A program made the position numbers and the translations under genes. 64,000 nucleotides of DNA from a virus. The DNA lies in IMG/VR virus record IMGVR_UViG_3300007790_000207, one strand, 5' to 3'. The notes under the pieces were generated by a model, which ran no database searches, was not told where the DNA came from, and worked only from the letters and a program-made list of their open reading frames with translations. Below, piece after piece: positions 1 through 9,416 of the stretch (positions are counted from its first letter, which is position 1; the number at the start of each line of letters is the position of its first letter).

Positions 1-2
1 CG

Positions 3-464
3 ATCTTCATGCACTGGGCCCAGAACAAGGGTCTCGGCGTCGGCAAGTTCTGGACCCAGGGCTCTGTCGACGCCATGGGCCAGATGTACCAGAACAACGG
101 CAAGGCCGTCCTCGACGACGCCACGGGCACGTCCTTCACGGCGACGCAGTTCGGCTCCCCGACGTCGGGCGGGACGGTGGAGGCGTTCACCGGCTACCGC
201 GTCGGCCGGATGATCTTCTGGAACATGCGCCTGGGCTTCACCGCCGACATCCCCCACGGCGGCACCGGCATGTTCCAGGTCAACGCCGCCTACCGCCCCA
301 TGGGGACGGCCGCGATCTTCCCGCTCTCCGCACTCGGCTCCGGCGGCTCCAGCGGCGGAGCCTCGGCGATGGCGGCCGCGGTGACGACCACCGGCCTCAT
401 CGCGGCGTACTCGCCGGGATCTCGCCGAGCGGCAGAACTCTCGGGAGTCTGGCTGATCGCCTAG
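3..464 (+). CDS. C-terminal part of probable minor tail/tail fibre protein (open at the left edge)
   Basis: Frame open from window start; G/S/T-rich beta-type C-terminal domain; directly upstream of the lysis cassette. Confidence 0.55.
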   Translation: MFMHWAQNKGLGVGKFWTQGSVDAMGQMYQNNGKAVLDDATGTSFTATQFGSPTSGGTVEAFTGYRVGRMIFWNMRLGFTADIPHGGTGMFQVNAAYRPMGTAAIFPLSALGSGGSSGGASAMAAAVTTTGLIAAYSPGSRRAAELSGVWLIA

Positions 465-556
465 TAGGAAATCCGACTTCTCGGCCGATAGTGGTAGTGA
501 GCAGGGGATGCCGTAGAGCCTTCCTTCGCTCCTGGATCGCTAAGAAGGAGGCACCG

Positions 557-1582
557 ATGGCGAACCTCGTCTTCCCGGTCCGCCGCCGGGACCACTTCAT
601 GCTCCGCGACGCGATGTTCCGCACCCGTGCGCGGCCGTCGCACGGCGGCATCGACCTGACTCCGGTGACGCAGAACCAGTCGGAGTCGTGCTACGCCATC
701 GAGCGCGGCAAGATCATCATCGCCGACAACACCTCCGGGCCCGTCGGCGACACGTCGGGTCGGGACATCATGATCCTCGGCCGCGACACCGGCATCCGGT
801 GGTGGTACGGCCACCTCTCGTCCGTCTCGGTCAAGGTCGGCCAGGAGGTCCGGGCCGGGCAGTTCATCGGCACCACCGGCACCACCGGCTCGAACGTCAA
901 GGGCTCGCCCTCGTCGACCGGCGTCCACCTCCACCTGGAGGCGCACTACCCGTCCATCAACGTCGAGATCGACCCCTGGCCGTGGATCGCCGACGCCCCG
1001 GACGTCGAGGGCTCCCGGATGCCGCTCGCTTCGAGCCGGTCCAAGGCTCGCGCCGAGTACCCCGTCTACGTCCCGCCCGCCAACTCCGGAGGCTCCACGC
1101 CTTCGAGCCCCCACACCCCCGCTCCGCCGTCGAAGACGCCGGAGCAGATCGAGGAAGAGGAGATCATGTCCGTCGCCGACAAGATCATCAACACCATCGT
1201 CGACCGCCTGGTCGACTTCATCGACCGCCGCCTCACGCTCGTCGAGTCGCGCTTCCGTCGTGAGGCGCGCCCCGAGGCCTACTTCATCAGCGAGGGCGAG
1301 GACGGCACCAAGTACACCTTCGAGGACTCGCCGCTGGCGATCCTGATCCACCCGGCGTCCGGCTTCCTCATGCCGCTCAACGTCGGCGGCCACGTCGGCC
1401 AGCACGGGAGCCTGAAGATGAACTACCGCGTCATCGGCTTCGACTCGGTGCCGCAGGGCTTCCCGGAGCGCGTCTTCTACAACACGATCAAGGACGTCGC
1501 CCGCGGCGCTGGCATCGTCGACCGGAACATCAGCGAGGCCGACGGCATCGCCTGGGCGAAGTCGCTCTTCGTCACCCGCTGA
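557..1582 (+). CDS. Endolysin, M23 peptidase family, with Pro/Ser linker and unassigned C-terminal domain
   Basis: HGGID (HxxxD), WYGHL and TGVHLHLE (HxH) M23 motifs; AAGGAGG RBS before ATG 557; followed by membrane proteins. Confidence 0.9.
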   Translation: MANLVFPVRRRDHFMLRDAMFRTRARPSHGGIDLTPVTQNQSESCYAIERGKIIIADNTSGPVGDTSGRDIMILGRDTGIRWWYGHLSSVSVKVGQEVRAGQFIGTTGTTGSNVKGSPSSTGVHLHLEAHYPSINVEIDPWPWIADAPDVEGSRMPLASSRSKARAEYPVYVPPANSGGSTPSSPHTPAPPSKTPEQIEEEEIMSVADKIINTIVDRLVDFIDRRLTLVESRFRREARPEAYFISEGEDGTKYTFEDSPLAILIHPASGFLMPLNVGGHVGQHGSLKMNYRVIGFDSVPQGFPERVFYNTIKDVARGAGIVDRNISEADGIAWAKSLFVTR

Positions 1583-1613
1583 CCACCGCCAGAAGAACTT
1601 TTTCGGGAGCACC

Positions 1614-1928
1614 ATGGACATCATCGCTGACCTCGGGGGTCTCGCCAACGTCACGGCGAGCACCCTCTTGGCCGCGTGCGTGTTCATGATCCTCACGGGC
1701 CGTCTGGTCCCCAAGAGCCACCTCGACGCCCTCCGCGCCGAGAAGGACGCCTGGCAGTCGGCCGCGCTCGCCTCCGAGGCCGCGCGCAAGGAGACCGAGA
1801 CCGCCTCCTGGAAGGCCGTCCACGCGCTCACCTCCGTCGAGCGGTTCCTCACCTCGCTCGAATCCCCTCCGAAGGATCGGACGGGAGGTGGTGGCAGTGT
1901 GGAAGATGTTCCAGCGCAGTCGGGTTGA
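1614..1928 (+). CDS. Membrane protein of the lysis cassette
   Basis: N-terminal TM segment followed by coiled coil; position after endolysin. Confidence 0.7.
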   Translation: MDIIADLGGLANVTASTLLAACVFMILTGRLVPKSHLDALRAEKDAWQSAALASEAARKETETASWKAVHALTSVERFLTSLESPPKDRTGGGGSVEDVPAQSG

Positions 1929-2109
1929 GCCTGATACGTCCGAGGCCGAGAAGATCATCGTCGAGGCCCGAGAGGCAGAGGTGCGCAACCGCGAGCGCTC
2001 TCAGCACATCGAAGTCGTCGCGGCCCGTCTGGACAGCCGTCTCCAGAAGAACCACTTCAGCGAGAGCCTGGCGGCGGCCTGGGCTAGGAAGGGCGAGGCC
2101 CTCGGATGA
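1888..2109 (+). CDS. Small lysis-cassette protein
   Basis: GGGAGG RBS, GTG start, coupled to the next gene by ATGA overlap. Confidence 0.6.
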   Translation: MVAVWKMFQRSRVEPDTSEAEKIIVEAREAEVRNRERSQHIEVVAARLDSRLQKNHFSESLAAAWARKGEALG

Positions 2110-2471
2110 ACAACACCCTCTTCTTCGAGATCACTCGATGGTCCGGTGAAGCCGTTGGCGTCTTCGGTGCCATCGGTCTGACGCTCTTCATCATCGACTA
2201 CGCGCGCATCACCGAATGGAAGATCAACGCCCAGGGCCGCGCGGTGATGTACCTCGCGGGCGGTCTGCTCGCCACCATCCTCTTCCTCGTGCTCCACAGT
2301 TTCGTCCGCGACTACGAGTGGCGCTGGATCACGGAGATCATCGTCTACACCCCGCTGGCGCTGGCGTGCTGGAACCTCCGGCAAGCCATGCGCAAGTCGA
2401 TGGGTATCCCTTCCGTCTGGCTCTTCATGAGTCCGCGGAAGACCAAGAAGTCCAAGTCCGACAACTCCTGA
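2106..2471 (+). CDS. Putative holin (3-4 TM)
   Basis: Several hydrophobic segments, basic C-tail, lysis cassette context. Confidence 0.7.
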   Translation: MNNTLFFEITRWSGEAVGVFGAIGLTLFIIDYARITEWKINAQGRAVMYLAGGLLATILFLVLHSFVRDYEWRWITEIIVYTPLALACWNLRQAMRKSMGIPSVWLFMSPRKTKKSKSDNS

Positions 2472-2484
2472 AAGGAGCCCTCCC

Positions 2485-2814
2485 ATGGTTGAGTTCACCC
2501 TCGACGCCGTGATGGTGGTGCAGTTCCTCGTCACCTCCCTCCTGCCCCTCGTGGTGGGTCTCGTCACGACCCGCGTGACCCACAGCGGCGCGAAGGCCGC
2601 TCTGCTCGCGACGCTCACGCTCCTCACCTCCCTGGGTGCCGAGTTCGTGCGTACCGTCCAGGACGGCCAGGTCTACGACCTCGGCCAGGGCCTCTTCCTG
2701 GCCCTGCCTGCCTTCGCCGTCGCCATCGGCGTCCACTACGGCCTCTACAAGCCCACCGGGGCCACGGAGACCGTGCAGGAGAGCCTCGTCCACCCCAAGG
2801 GCGACCACGCCTGA
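2485..2814 (+). CDS. Holin
   Basis: 3-4 TM segments (LLPLVVGLVTT...), AAGGAG RBS; resembles actinophage holins. Confidence 0.75.
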   Translation: MVEFTLDAVMVVQFLVTSLLPLVVGLVTTRVTHSGAKAALLATLTLLTSLGAEFVRTVQDGQVYDLGQGLFLALPAFAVAIGVHYGLYKPTGATETVQESLVHPKGDHA

Positions 2815-2912
2815 TGCTGTGCGACGAGAACACCTGTCTCTGCCGAGTGGCCGACCCGTGCGTGATCGACGGGTCGGTCCCGGCCGAGGCGGAGGCCGAC
2901 GCCACGGCCTGA
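2814..2912 (+). CDS. 32-aa Cys-rich peptide MLCDENTCLCRVADPCVIDGSVPAEAEADATA
   Basis: TGATG stop/start coupling to the holin; below the ORF-track cutoff. Confidence 0.4.
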   Translation: MLCDENTCLCRVADPCVIDGSVPAEAEADATA

Positions 2913-2962
2913 CTTTCCAGGCCTTGACACCTTGACCGAACCTGCTCTTGTACCCTAGAGGC

Positions 2963-3097
2963 ATGAGCATTGACACCTACACGGCTGAGACAGAGCCAAA
3001 CGTCTTCGCCGAGGTCTTCGCGGCCTTCCGGGTCGACATCGCGTATGCTGAGGCCATCGCATTGTCGGCTCGGAAGGACGAGGAGATGTCGGCTTGA
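2963..3097 (+). CDS. Hypothetical protein (44 aa)
   Basis: ATG 6 nt after a TACCCT -10-like hexamer; TTGA overlap with the helicase start. Confidence 0.5.
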   Translation: MSIDTYTAETEPNVFAEVFAAFRVDIAYAEAIALSARKDEEMSA

Positions 3098-4779
3098 CCC
3101 GTTTGGCCTTCGACGCCAGGAACTTCGATCCCCCCAAGCGGGAGGCACTCGCTTGGCGCATCCACAACCTCTCTGACGTCCAGTTCCCCGACCTCCCCTT
3201 CTGGAACGACCAGCCCTGCCGCAAGCACCGCGCGGGCTGGGAGGACACGTTCATGGGCGAGAACGGCCCCGAGGTCCGCAAGGTCGTCGGGAAGCCGAAG
3301 CCCGGATGCCGGGACTGCGGCATCGAACTCCGCGCGCACCAGAAGATCGGCGCGCTCTGGCTCTACTACAAGAAGAAGGGCCTGCTCGCCGACACCATGG
3401 GTCTCGGCAAGACCGCGATCCTCTCCGCGCTCGTCGGCCTCATGATCCAGTCCGGCGAACTCGCACCGCTCGCCAGCGGCGGCAACGGCCCCGCCATCAT
3501 CTGCCCGCGAGCCCCCGCGCTCCTCCAGTGGCGAGACGAACTCCTCCGCGTCATGCCGGGCCTGAAGATCGCCGTCGCCGACGCCCCGGCCGCGAAGCGC
3601 CAGCAGATGTACTTGGAGGACTACCACGTCCTCCTCATCGGTCCCGAGACGCTCATGCGGGACTACGACAAGTTGAAGAAGATCCCCCACTCCATCGTCA
3701 TCACCGACGACGTCGACGCCCTCCGCAACTCCGAGACCGTCACCTCCACTGTCCTCGACGGCATGGGCGCTCGCTCCGAGCGGTACGTCATCACCTCGGG
3801 CACCCCGCTCCAGAAGCGCCTTCCCGAGATCCATCAGGTGCTCGACGGCGTCGGCGGCGTGGACGCCTTCGGCGACCTGGCCGACTTCATGCGCCGCTAC
3901 TGCCGGTACGCGACCGTCACGACGCTCGACTCCCACGGCCAGCGGCAGAAGACGAATCAGATCGTCGGCTACCAGAACCTCGACGACTTCAAGACCCGCC
4001 TCGCGCCGCTCGTGCTCCGGCGCACGACGAGGGACCTCCACGACGTCAAGTTGCCGGTCATCCGCCCGCACGACGTCATGCTCGACCTCTACCCGAAGCA
4101 GAGGGCGAAGTACGTCGAACTCCAGAAGGGCGTCGTCAAACTCCTGAAGGAGGAGGGCGTCAAGGTCAAGCAGGTCACCGCCCTCTCGCGCATCCACTAC
4201 GGCGCGGCCATCTGCGCAGGCCTCTTCACGCTCGGCGAGCCCGACGGCCCGCTCCAGTCGGTGAAGTTGGACTGGATCGACGCCAAGATCGGCGAGGGAG
4301 GGGACCTCGAAGACGAGAAGGTCGTCATCTTCGCCAACCTGAAGTCGACGGTGCGCGCGCTTCAGTACCGCTTGAAGGCCCAGGGCATCGGCTTCGAGAC
4401 GGTCTGGGGCGAGGAGACGAACAAGCAGGCCCGCCTCAACTCGCAGAACCGGTTCTGGACGGACGACTCCTGCCGAGTCCTCATCGGCACCCGAGCCATC
4501 GAGCAGTCCCTCAACCTCCAGGTCTCCCGCCACCTCATCAACATCGACATGATCCTCAACCCGGCCCGCATGTCGCAGTTGGCGGGCCGAATCCGCCGCC
4601 AGGGCTCCGACTACTCGCAGGTCTTCGTCCACAACCTCGTCACGCGGAACACGCAGGAGGAGCGATACCTCGCCATGATCGAGAGGGAGGCCGCGCTCGC
4701 CGACCACGTCTGGAACGAGGACGCCGAACTCTTCAAGGCCCTTCCCTCGAAGGTCCTGCTCGAACTCATCAAGGGATGA
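3094..4779 (+). CDS. SNF2/SF2 family helicase
   Basis: DTMGLGKT (motif I), SGTPLQ (III), SLNLQ (V), QLAGRIRRQG (VI); motif II reads ITDDVD. Confidence 0.88.
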   Translation: MTRLAFDARNFDPPKREALAWRIHNLSDVQFPDLPFWNDQPCRKHRAGWEDTFMGENGPEVRKVVGKPKPGCRDCGIELRAHQKIGALWLYYKKKGLLADTMGLGKTAILSALVGLMIQSGELAPLASGGNGPAIICPRAPALLQWRDELLRVMPGLKIAVADAPAAKRQQMYLEDYHVLLIGPETLMRDYDKLKKIPHSIVITDDVDALRNSETVTSTVLDGMGARSERYVITSGTPLQKRLPEIHQVLDGVGGVDAFGDLADFMRRYCRYATVTTLDSHGQRQKTNQIVGYQNLDDFKTRLAPLVLRRTTRDLHDVKLPVIRPHDVMLDLYPKQRAKYVELQKGVVKLLKEEGVKVKQVTALSRIHYGAAICAGLFTLGEPDGPLQSVKLDWIDAKIGEGGDLEDEKVVIFANLKSTVRALQYRLKAQGIGFETVWGEETNKQARLNSQNRFWTDDSCRVLIGTRAIEQSLNLQVSRHLINIDMILNPARMSQLAGRIRRQGSDYSQVFVHNLVTRNTQEERYLAMIEREAALADHVWNEDAELFKALPSKVLLELIKG

Positions 4780-5516
4780 CCATGACCCAGCGACTCACGC
4801 CCTACCAGCGGGCCCTCATCGCGAACAACCGCGGCCTGGCCGTGAAGTTGGCGATGCTCGCCTGGAACAAGAACCGCAACCAAGACGGCGACGAGTTGAT
4901 CTCCGTCGCCTACCAAGGCTTGACGACGGCCGCCATCCTCTTCGATCCGAACCGCCAAGACATCGACCCCGACGACTTGGAGAACGGCCGGGCGTTCTCG
5001 GGCTACGCGCGCCAGCGGATCAACGGCTCGCTCCTCGACTGGCAGAGGAAGGGCGACTTCGTCCCCAAGCGTGTCCGCAAGTCCTACAAGGACCTCCAAG
5101 CCATCGGTCACGGCGAGGGAGCCACCGTCCGGGATCTCGCGGTAGCGACTGGTCTCCCGGAGGTCTCGATCCGCAAGGTGGTGGCCGCCGTCGAGTCGAT
5201 GCCGGTCTCCCTCGACTCCGCCATCAGCCCGGAGTCCGACGAAAAAAGTTCTCCGTCGAGCATCTACTACGTCGCCTCGGAGGCCGATGTCGAAGGTGAC
5301 AGCACGGTCTCGCTCGTCCTCCGCGAGATGGCTTCGACGTGGGCGGCCCTGCCCTTCCTCCAGCGGGCCGCGGTCGCCAACCGGTTCTACTTCGGCAAGA
5401 GCGTGAGCAAGACCGCGGAGGCGCTTGGATGCACCTCCGCGGAGGCCAAGGGTGCCCTCGCGGCCGGGATGGGCGCTATGCTGGACGCTCTCAGGTCCTC
5501 CGCCTCGTCGCGGTAG
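4776..5516 (+). CDS. RNA polymerase sigma-70 factor, FliA/WhiG-like
   Basis: Region 2 (DELISVAYQGL...FDP...FSGYARQRINGSLLDWQR), DFVPKRVR motif, PVSLDS, C-terminal region 4 HTH. Confidence 0.85.
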   Translation: MTMTQRLTPYQRALIANNRGLAVKLAMLAWNKNRNQDGDELISVAYQGLTTAAILFDPNRQDIDPDDLENGRAFSGYARQRINGSLLDWQRKGDFVPKRVRKSYKDLQAIGHGEGATVRDLAVATGLPEVSIRKVVAAVESMPVSLDSAISPESDEKSSPSSIYYVASEADVEGDSTVSLVLREMASTWAALPFLQRAAVANRFYFGKSVSKTAEALGCTSAEAKGALAAGMGAMLDALRSSASSR

Positions 5517-5545
5517 CCTCTCCCCACCATCGCGGAAGGAACGCC

Positions 5546-5791
5546 ATGCCCAGCATCCCCAAGCCGTTCAAGCGGCCCGGCATCACCATCTCGGACGGCA
5601 CGCCCCCGAGGACCTGGGACTTCACCTACGTCCCCGAACTTCGGCCGGGCGACACGGTCACCGACTTCGGGACCATCGAGAGCGTCGAGTACCACGAGCA
5701 CAGCGGGACGGTGACGCTCACGAACGTCCTCGGCGAGGAGCGTACCCTGACGGGCCACTCGCAGGTCTACGCCTTCAGCCACCGTGGCTGA
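5546..5791 (+). CDS. Hypothetical protein
   Basis: AAGGA RBS, phage codon usage. Confidence 0.6.
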   Translation: MPSIPKPFKRPGITISDGTPPRTWDFTYVPELRPGDTVTDFGTIESVEYHEHSGTVTLTNVLGEERTLTGHSQVYAFSHRG

Positions 5792-7226
5792 CGCCGTCGA
5801 GCATGGGCGGGTGGTGCTGAGCGCCATCATCCCGAGCCGGATGGATCTCTTCGAGGTGGCGCTGAAGCACATCACCGAGGAGCACTTCGTCGAGCCGGGC
5901 CAGCAGAGGCTCTTCCGCCTCCTGGAGCGGTACGCGGCCGCCACGAACGCCATCCTCCCGGTGAAGTACCTCGACGACATGGTCTCGAAGCACCAGGAGA
6001 ACTCGACCTACGTCATCCTCCGGGAGACCTACGAGTCGCTCGCGGCCGCGACCGTCGCCGATTCTGACTTCTCGTGGAGCCTCCGCCAGATGCGGGAACT
6101 CTACGCCGAGCGGATGACGGACGAGGCGCTGACGACGGCGCGCGAACTCCTGCACTCGGGAGACGTCGAGGACGGCGTCAGCAGGCACGAGGCGGCCCGT
6201 GAGCACCTCCAGGACGCGATGCTCGCCATCGAGCGCGGCACGCTCCTCGCGGAGTCGCCCGAGGGCACCCTGAACGACGAGTCCAAGGACCTCCTGGGCG
6301 ACTACGCGAAGCGCAAGGAGGATCGCGAGAAGGGCGTCACGAACGCCATCCGCTTCGGCATCGACGAACTCGACAGGAAGACCGGCGGGATGCAACCCGG
6401 CGAACTCATCATCACCGCCGCCTACTCGGGCGAGGGCAAGTCGACGCTCTCCGTCCAGGCCGCGTGGAGCGCCGCCGTCGAGCAGGGCAAGAACGTGGTC
6501 TTCTTCTCCACCGAGACCGTGCGCGAGCAGATCCGCCGCAAGTTGATCGCCCGCCACTCGAAATTGGAGAAGTTCGGCCTCCCGAACGGGCTCAACACCC
6601 GCGACCTGAAGAACGGCACGCTCTCCGCCGAGGAGGAGACCGCCTTCGCGGCGGTCGTCGAGGACTTCACGACCAACAAGGCCTATGGGCGCATCCACAT
6701 CGTCCAGGTGCCGCGCACGGCGACGGTGACGAGCCTGGAGAACCGGCTCCGCCGCATCCAGCAGTCGATGTTCCACGTCGAGTTCGTGGTGATGGACTAC
6801 CTGGCGCTCCTCGTGCCCGAGCGGTCCCGCAACTCGACTCGTGAGGAACTCTCGAACATCATCAAGGAGGCCAAGAAGGTCGCCACGACGTTCGACAACG
6901 GCCGCGGCGTCCCCTTCATGAGCCCGTGGCAGATCAGCCGCCAGGCGCGCGACGACGCCGACCGCGTGGGCCTCTACACCTCCAGGGCGCTCTCCGAGAC
7001 CGCTGAGGCGACGAACTCGGCCGACATGATCGTCTCCATCCTCGCCCCCATGGACAACTCCGACCGGCACGCCTCGCTCACCATGCAGGTCATCAAGAAT
7101 CGCGACGGCGAGACCGCGCAGTCGATCATGGTCGAGGTGGACTACGCCACGAGCGCCTTCCGCTCGCGCGCGCTCGGCGCAGGCTTCGGATCGGTGAGCG
7201 AAGTCTCCACGATCATGAACCTCTAG
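5784..7226 (+). CDS. dnaB: Replicative DNA helicase, DnaB-like
   Basis: AYSGEGKS Walker A, FFSTE, VMDYLAL, SPWQISR, KNRDG arginine finger. Confidence 0.92.
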   Translation: MADAVEHGRVVLSAIIPSRMDLFEVALKHITEEHFVEPGQQRLFRLLERYAAATNAILPVKYLDDMVSKHQENSTYVILRETYESLAAATVADSDFSWSLRQMRELYAERMTDEALTTARELLHSGDVEDGVSRHEAAREHLQDAMLAIERGTLLAESPEGTLNDESKDLLGDYAKRKEDREKGVTNAIRFGIDELDRKTGGMQPGELIITAAYSGEGKSTLSVQAAWSAAVEQGKNVVFFSTETVREQIRRKLIARHSKLEKFGLPNGLNTRDLKNGTLSAEEETAFAAVVEDFTTNKAYGRIHIVQVPRTATVTSLENRLRRIQQSMFHVEFVVMDYLALLVPERSRNSTREELSNIIKEAKKVATTFDNGRGVPFMSPWQISRQARDDADRVGLYTSRALSETAEATNSADMIVSILAPMDNSDRHASLTMQVIKNRDGETAQSIMVEVDYATSAFRSRALGAGFGSVSEVSTIMNL

Positions 7227-7260
7227 TCAAGGGTGACGAGTGTCTAGTAGACTGTCTGAC

Positions 7261-7689
7261 ATGAGAGAAGATGGTCGCACCGAATGGTTCGCTCCTGACC
7301 TGAAGATCAAGAGCGAGCCGCTCCTCGTGTCCCTGGCGAAGTACAGGCTCGACGAGGACCGCCGTCCGGCGCGCTCGGAGTTCGCGAACCTCATCTCGTC
7401 GAGGACGCATCAGGGCACGCACAAGCCCATCCTCGACCTCGACGTCCCGATCCACCTGGAGCCCTCCACGACGCCGGGGCACCACCACCTCTACATCGAC
7501 GTCGAGATGTCCTGGTGGCGCTACGCCGCCATGCTGACGGGCCTCTACCTCGCAGGCGTCATCGAGATGGGGTTCTACGTCTGGAGCATCCGGCGCAAGG
7601 GGACCTGGGTCCGGAAGCCGGAGGTCCGCAAGGGCAAGGGCGAGAGCACGAAGTCGGAGTACGGATGGTTGTTCAGACTCCGCGACTGA
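7261..7689 (+). CDS. Hypothetical protein with prim-pol-like DxD/His motifs
   Basis: HKPILDLDVP and STTPGHHHLY; start uncertain (7240 or 7261). Confidence 0.5.
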   Translation: MREDGRTEWFAPDLKIKSEPLLVSLAKYRLDEDRRPARSEFANLISSRTHQGTHKPILDLDVPIHLEPSTTPGHHHLYIDVEMSWWRYAAMLTGLYLAGVIEMGFYVWSIRRKGTWVRKPEVRKGKGESTKSEYGWLFRLRD

Positions 7690-7709
7690 CGCGCTGGGAG
7701 CGGCGCGAG

Positions 7710-8240
7710 ATGGCGAACGAGCACTACAGCATCTTCAAGGCCTGTGCTCGGGTCGGCATGGACATCGGCGTGGCCGCGCGAGCGAAGAAGGAGTACTGCC
7801 CGTTCGGCCAGGTCTGGCACTCCGACGGCGGTGAGAGCCCGGCGATGCGCGTCTACGAGGACTCGAATCACGCCTACTGCTTCGCCTGCCCCAAGTACTA
7901 CACCCCCTCGCTCTTGATCGCCACCGCCGAGGACCTCAGCGAGGACGCCGCGGTCGACTCGATGCTCCTCGAACTGGGCTACATCGAGAGCGACACCGGC
8001 GCTCGCTGGGACGCGGCCATCAAGCCGCCCACGCTCAACAAGGCGGCGTTCAGCGAGGCCTTGCAGATCGCGGCCGCACGCATCATCACGCCTTGGTCCA
8101 TTCGGCAGTACGACCCTGAGGTCGTCGAGTGGATGAACAAGTGCCTCTCCCTCCTGGAGAAGGTCCACACCATCGAGCACGGAGAAGTCTGGCTCGACGT
8201 CACGAAGCGAGCCCTCACGGAGCGGTTCGGAAAGGAATGA
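7710..8240 (+). CDS. CHC2-type primase zinc-finger protein (no TOPRIM domain)
   Basis: CPF...H.D...PAMRVY...AYCFAC pattern. Confidence 0.75.
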   Translation: MANEHYSIFKACARVGMDIGVAARAKKEYCPFGQVWHSDGGESPAMRVYEDSNHAYCFACPKYYTPSLLIATAEDLSEDAAVDSMLLELGYIESDTGARWDAAIKPPTLNKAAFSEALQIAAARIITPWSIRQYDPEVVEWMNKCLSLLEKVHTIEHGEVWLDVTKRALTERFGKE

Positions 8241-8242
8241 CC

Positions 8243-8461
8243 ATGAACACCGCAGACATCCCCGCCCTGGAGGACTGGCTCACGGTCCCCGAGGTCGCCG
8301 AGACCCTGGAACTCTCGCGACAGCGGGCGCACCAGATCATCACGAACGGCACCATCGCGGGCGCGCGCACCATCGGGAAGAACGCGGTCATCGTCGTGCC
8401 GAAGAGCGCCGTCGAGAAGTACCGGCGACTCAACCCGAAAAAGGGCGCGGAAACCACTTGA
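8243..8461 (+). CDS. Excisionase-like helix-turn-helix DNA-binding protein
   Basis: WLTVPEVAETLELSRQRAHQIITNG, HTH_17/MerR-like signature. Confidence 0.8.
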   Translation: MNTADIPALEDWLTVPEVAETLELSRQRAHQIITNGTIAGARTIGKNAVIVVPKSAVEKYRRLNPKKGAETT

Positions 8462-8487
8462 CAGCGGTCAACCCATCTGGTTAGAGT
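8458..8487 (+). promoter_or_regulatory. Sigma70-type promoter with TTGAC-N4-GTCAA operator
   Basis: TTGACAGCGGTCAA 8458-8471; TAGAGT 8482-8487. Confidence 0.8.
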
Positions 8488-8538
8488 GGAGCCATCGCAA
8501 GGGAGGAACCCCTCCTCCCCCCAACCGAAGGAGAACCC

Positions 8539-8838
8539 ATGTCGAACCTCGCCCTCATGACCCCCGTCGTCGTCGTCGACACGGAGAAGAACGACCGCAA
8601 GGTCCCCGGCTTCGTCGTCGCCAACTCGGAGACGCTGGAGGAGGGCCGCTCGTTCGGCCTCGCCGAGGACCACTACTCGGTCGCCGTCTTCTCGCCGCGC
8701 GGCAACACCAACCGCACGCTCACCGGCATCCCCTCGAAGGCGGCCCGCAAGGCGGCCAAGAAGGCCGCGAAGGCGGAGGTCAAGGAGAACGGCTACGCCG
8801 AGACCGCGGTCTCGCGCTACTACGTCGAGGCCCTCTGA
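8539..8838 (+). CDS. Hypothetical protein
   Basis: AAGGAG RBS; downstream of promoter; followed by a hairpin. Confidence 0.7.
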   Translation: MSNLALMTPVVVVDTEKNDRKVPGFVVANSETLEEGRSFGLAEDHYSVAVFSPRGNTNRTLTGIPSKAARKAAKKAAKAEVKENGYAETAVSRYYVEAL

Positions 8839-8871
8839 GCCGTAGGCTCGCATCCACCCGCAGGATCACCG

Positions 8872-8901
8872 GAAGGGGTCGGGCTCCGGCTCGGCCCCTT
8901 C
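8872..8901 (+). terminator. Intrinsic terminator-like hairpin
   Basis: GAAGGGG...CCCCTTC inverted repeat. Confidence 0.55.
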
Positions 8902-8934
8902 GTCCTCTCCACCCCAACCGCCCAGGAGGCACCC

Positions 8935-9414
8935 ATGACGCACCTCGACCTCATCGACATCGACGGCGTGCTCGCTGACGACCAGCACCGCGTCCACCAC
9001 GCGCTCGCCGCCCGCTGGGCGGAGTACTTCGACGAGACCGCCATGGCCGCCGACACCTCCATCGAGGAGGGCCTCGCGCTCGTCAAGGAGCGCATTGCCA
9101 CGGGCGGTGAGGTGCAGTACTGCACCGGCCGCCGCGAGGACCGTCGCTTCGTCACGACCAAGTGGCTCCTCGACAACGGCTACCCCACGCTCCCGCTCCT
9201 CATGAAGGAGCGCGGCACCGGCACCACGCTCGCCGAGTACAAGCGCCAGGTCATCGAGGACCTGCTCGCGACCGGCGAGTTCGAGTCCATCACGCTCTGG
9301 GATGACGACCCCGAGGTCGTCCGCGTCATCCAGGAGGCCTTCGGCGAGACGTCGGCGGTCCACTGCGTCTGGCGCATCAAGCACCCCGACCTCGTCCGCA
9401 AGGCGGAGGTCTGA
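8935..9414 (+). CDS. HAD-superfamily phosphatase (PNKP phosphatase-like)
   Basis: DIDGVLAD (DxD), CTGRRE, WDDD motifs. Confidence 0.8.
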   Translation: MTHLDLIDIDGVLADDQHRVHHALAARWAEYFDETAMAADTSIEEGLALVKERIATGGEVQYCTGRREDRRFVTTKWLLDNGYPTLPLLMKERGTGTTLAEYKRQVIEDLLATGEFESITLWDDDPEVVRVIQEAFGETSAVHCVWRIKHPDLVRKAEV

Positions 9415-9416
9415 TC

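Noticed and set aside
8243-8461. Lysogeny module (excisionase/attP)
   Set aside because: No integrase or att-like site in the window; the HTH protein is more simply a regulator.
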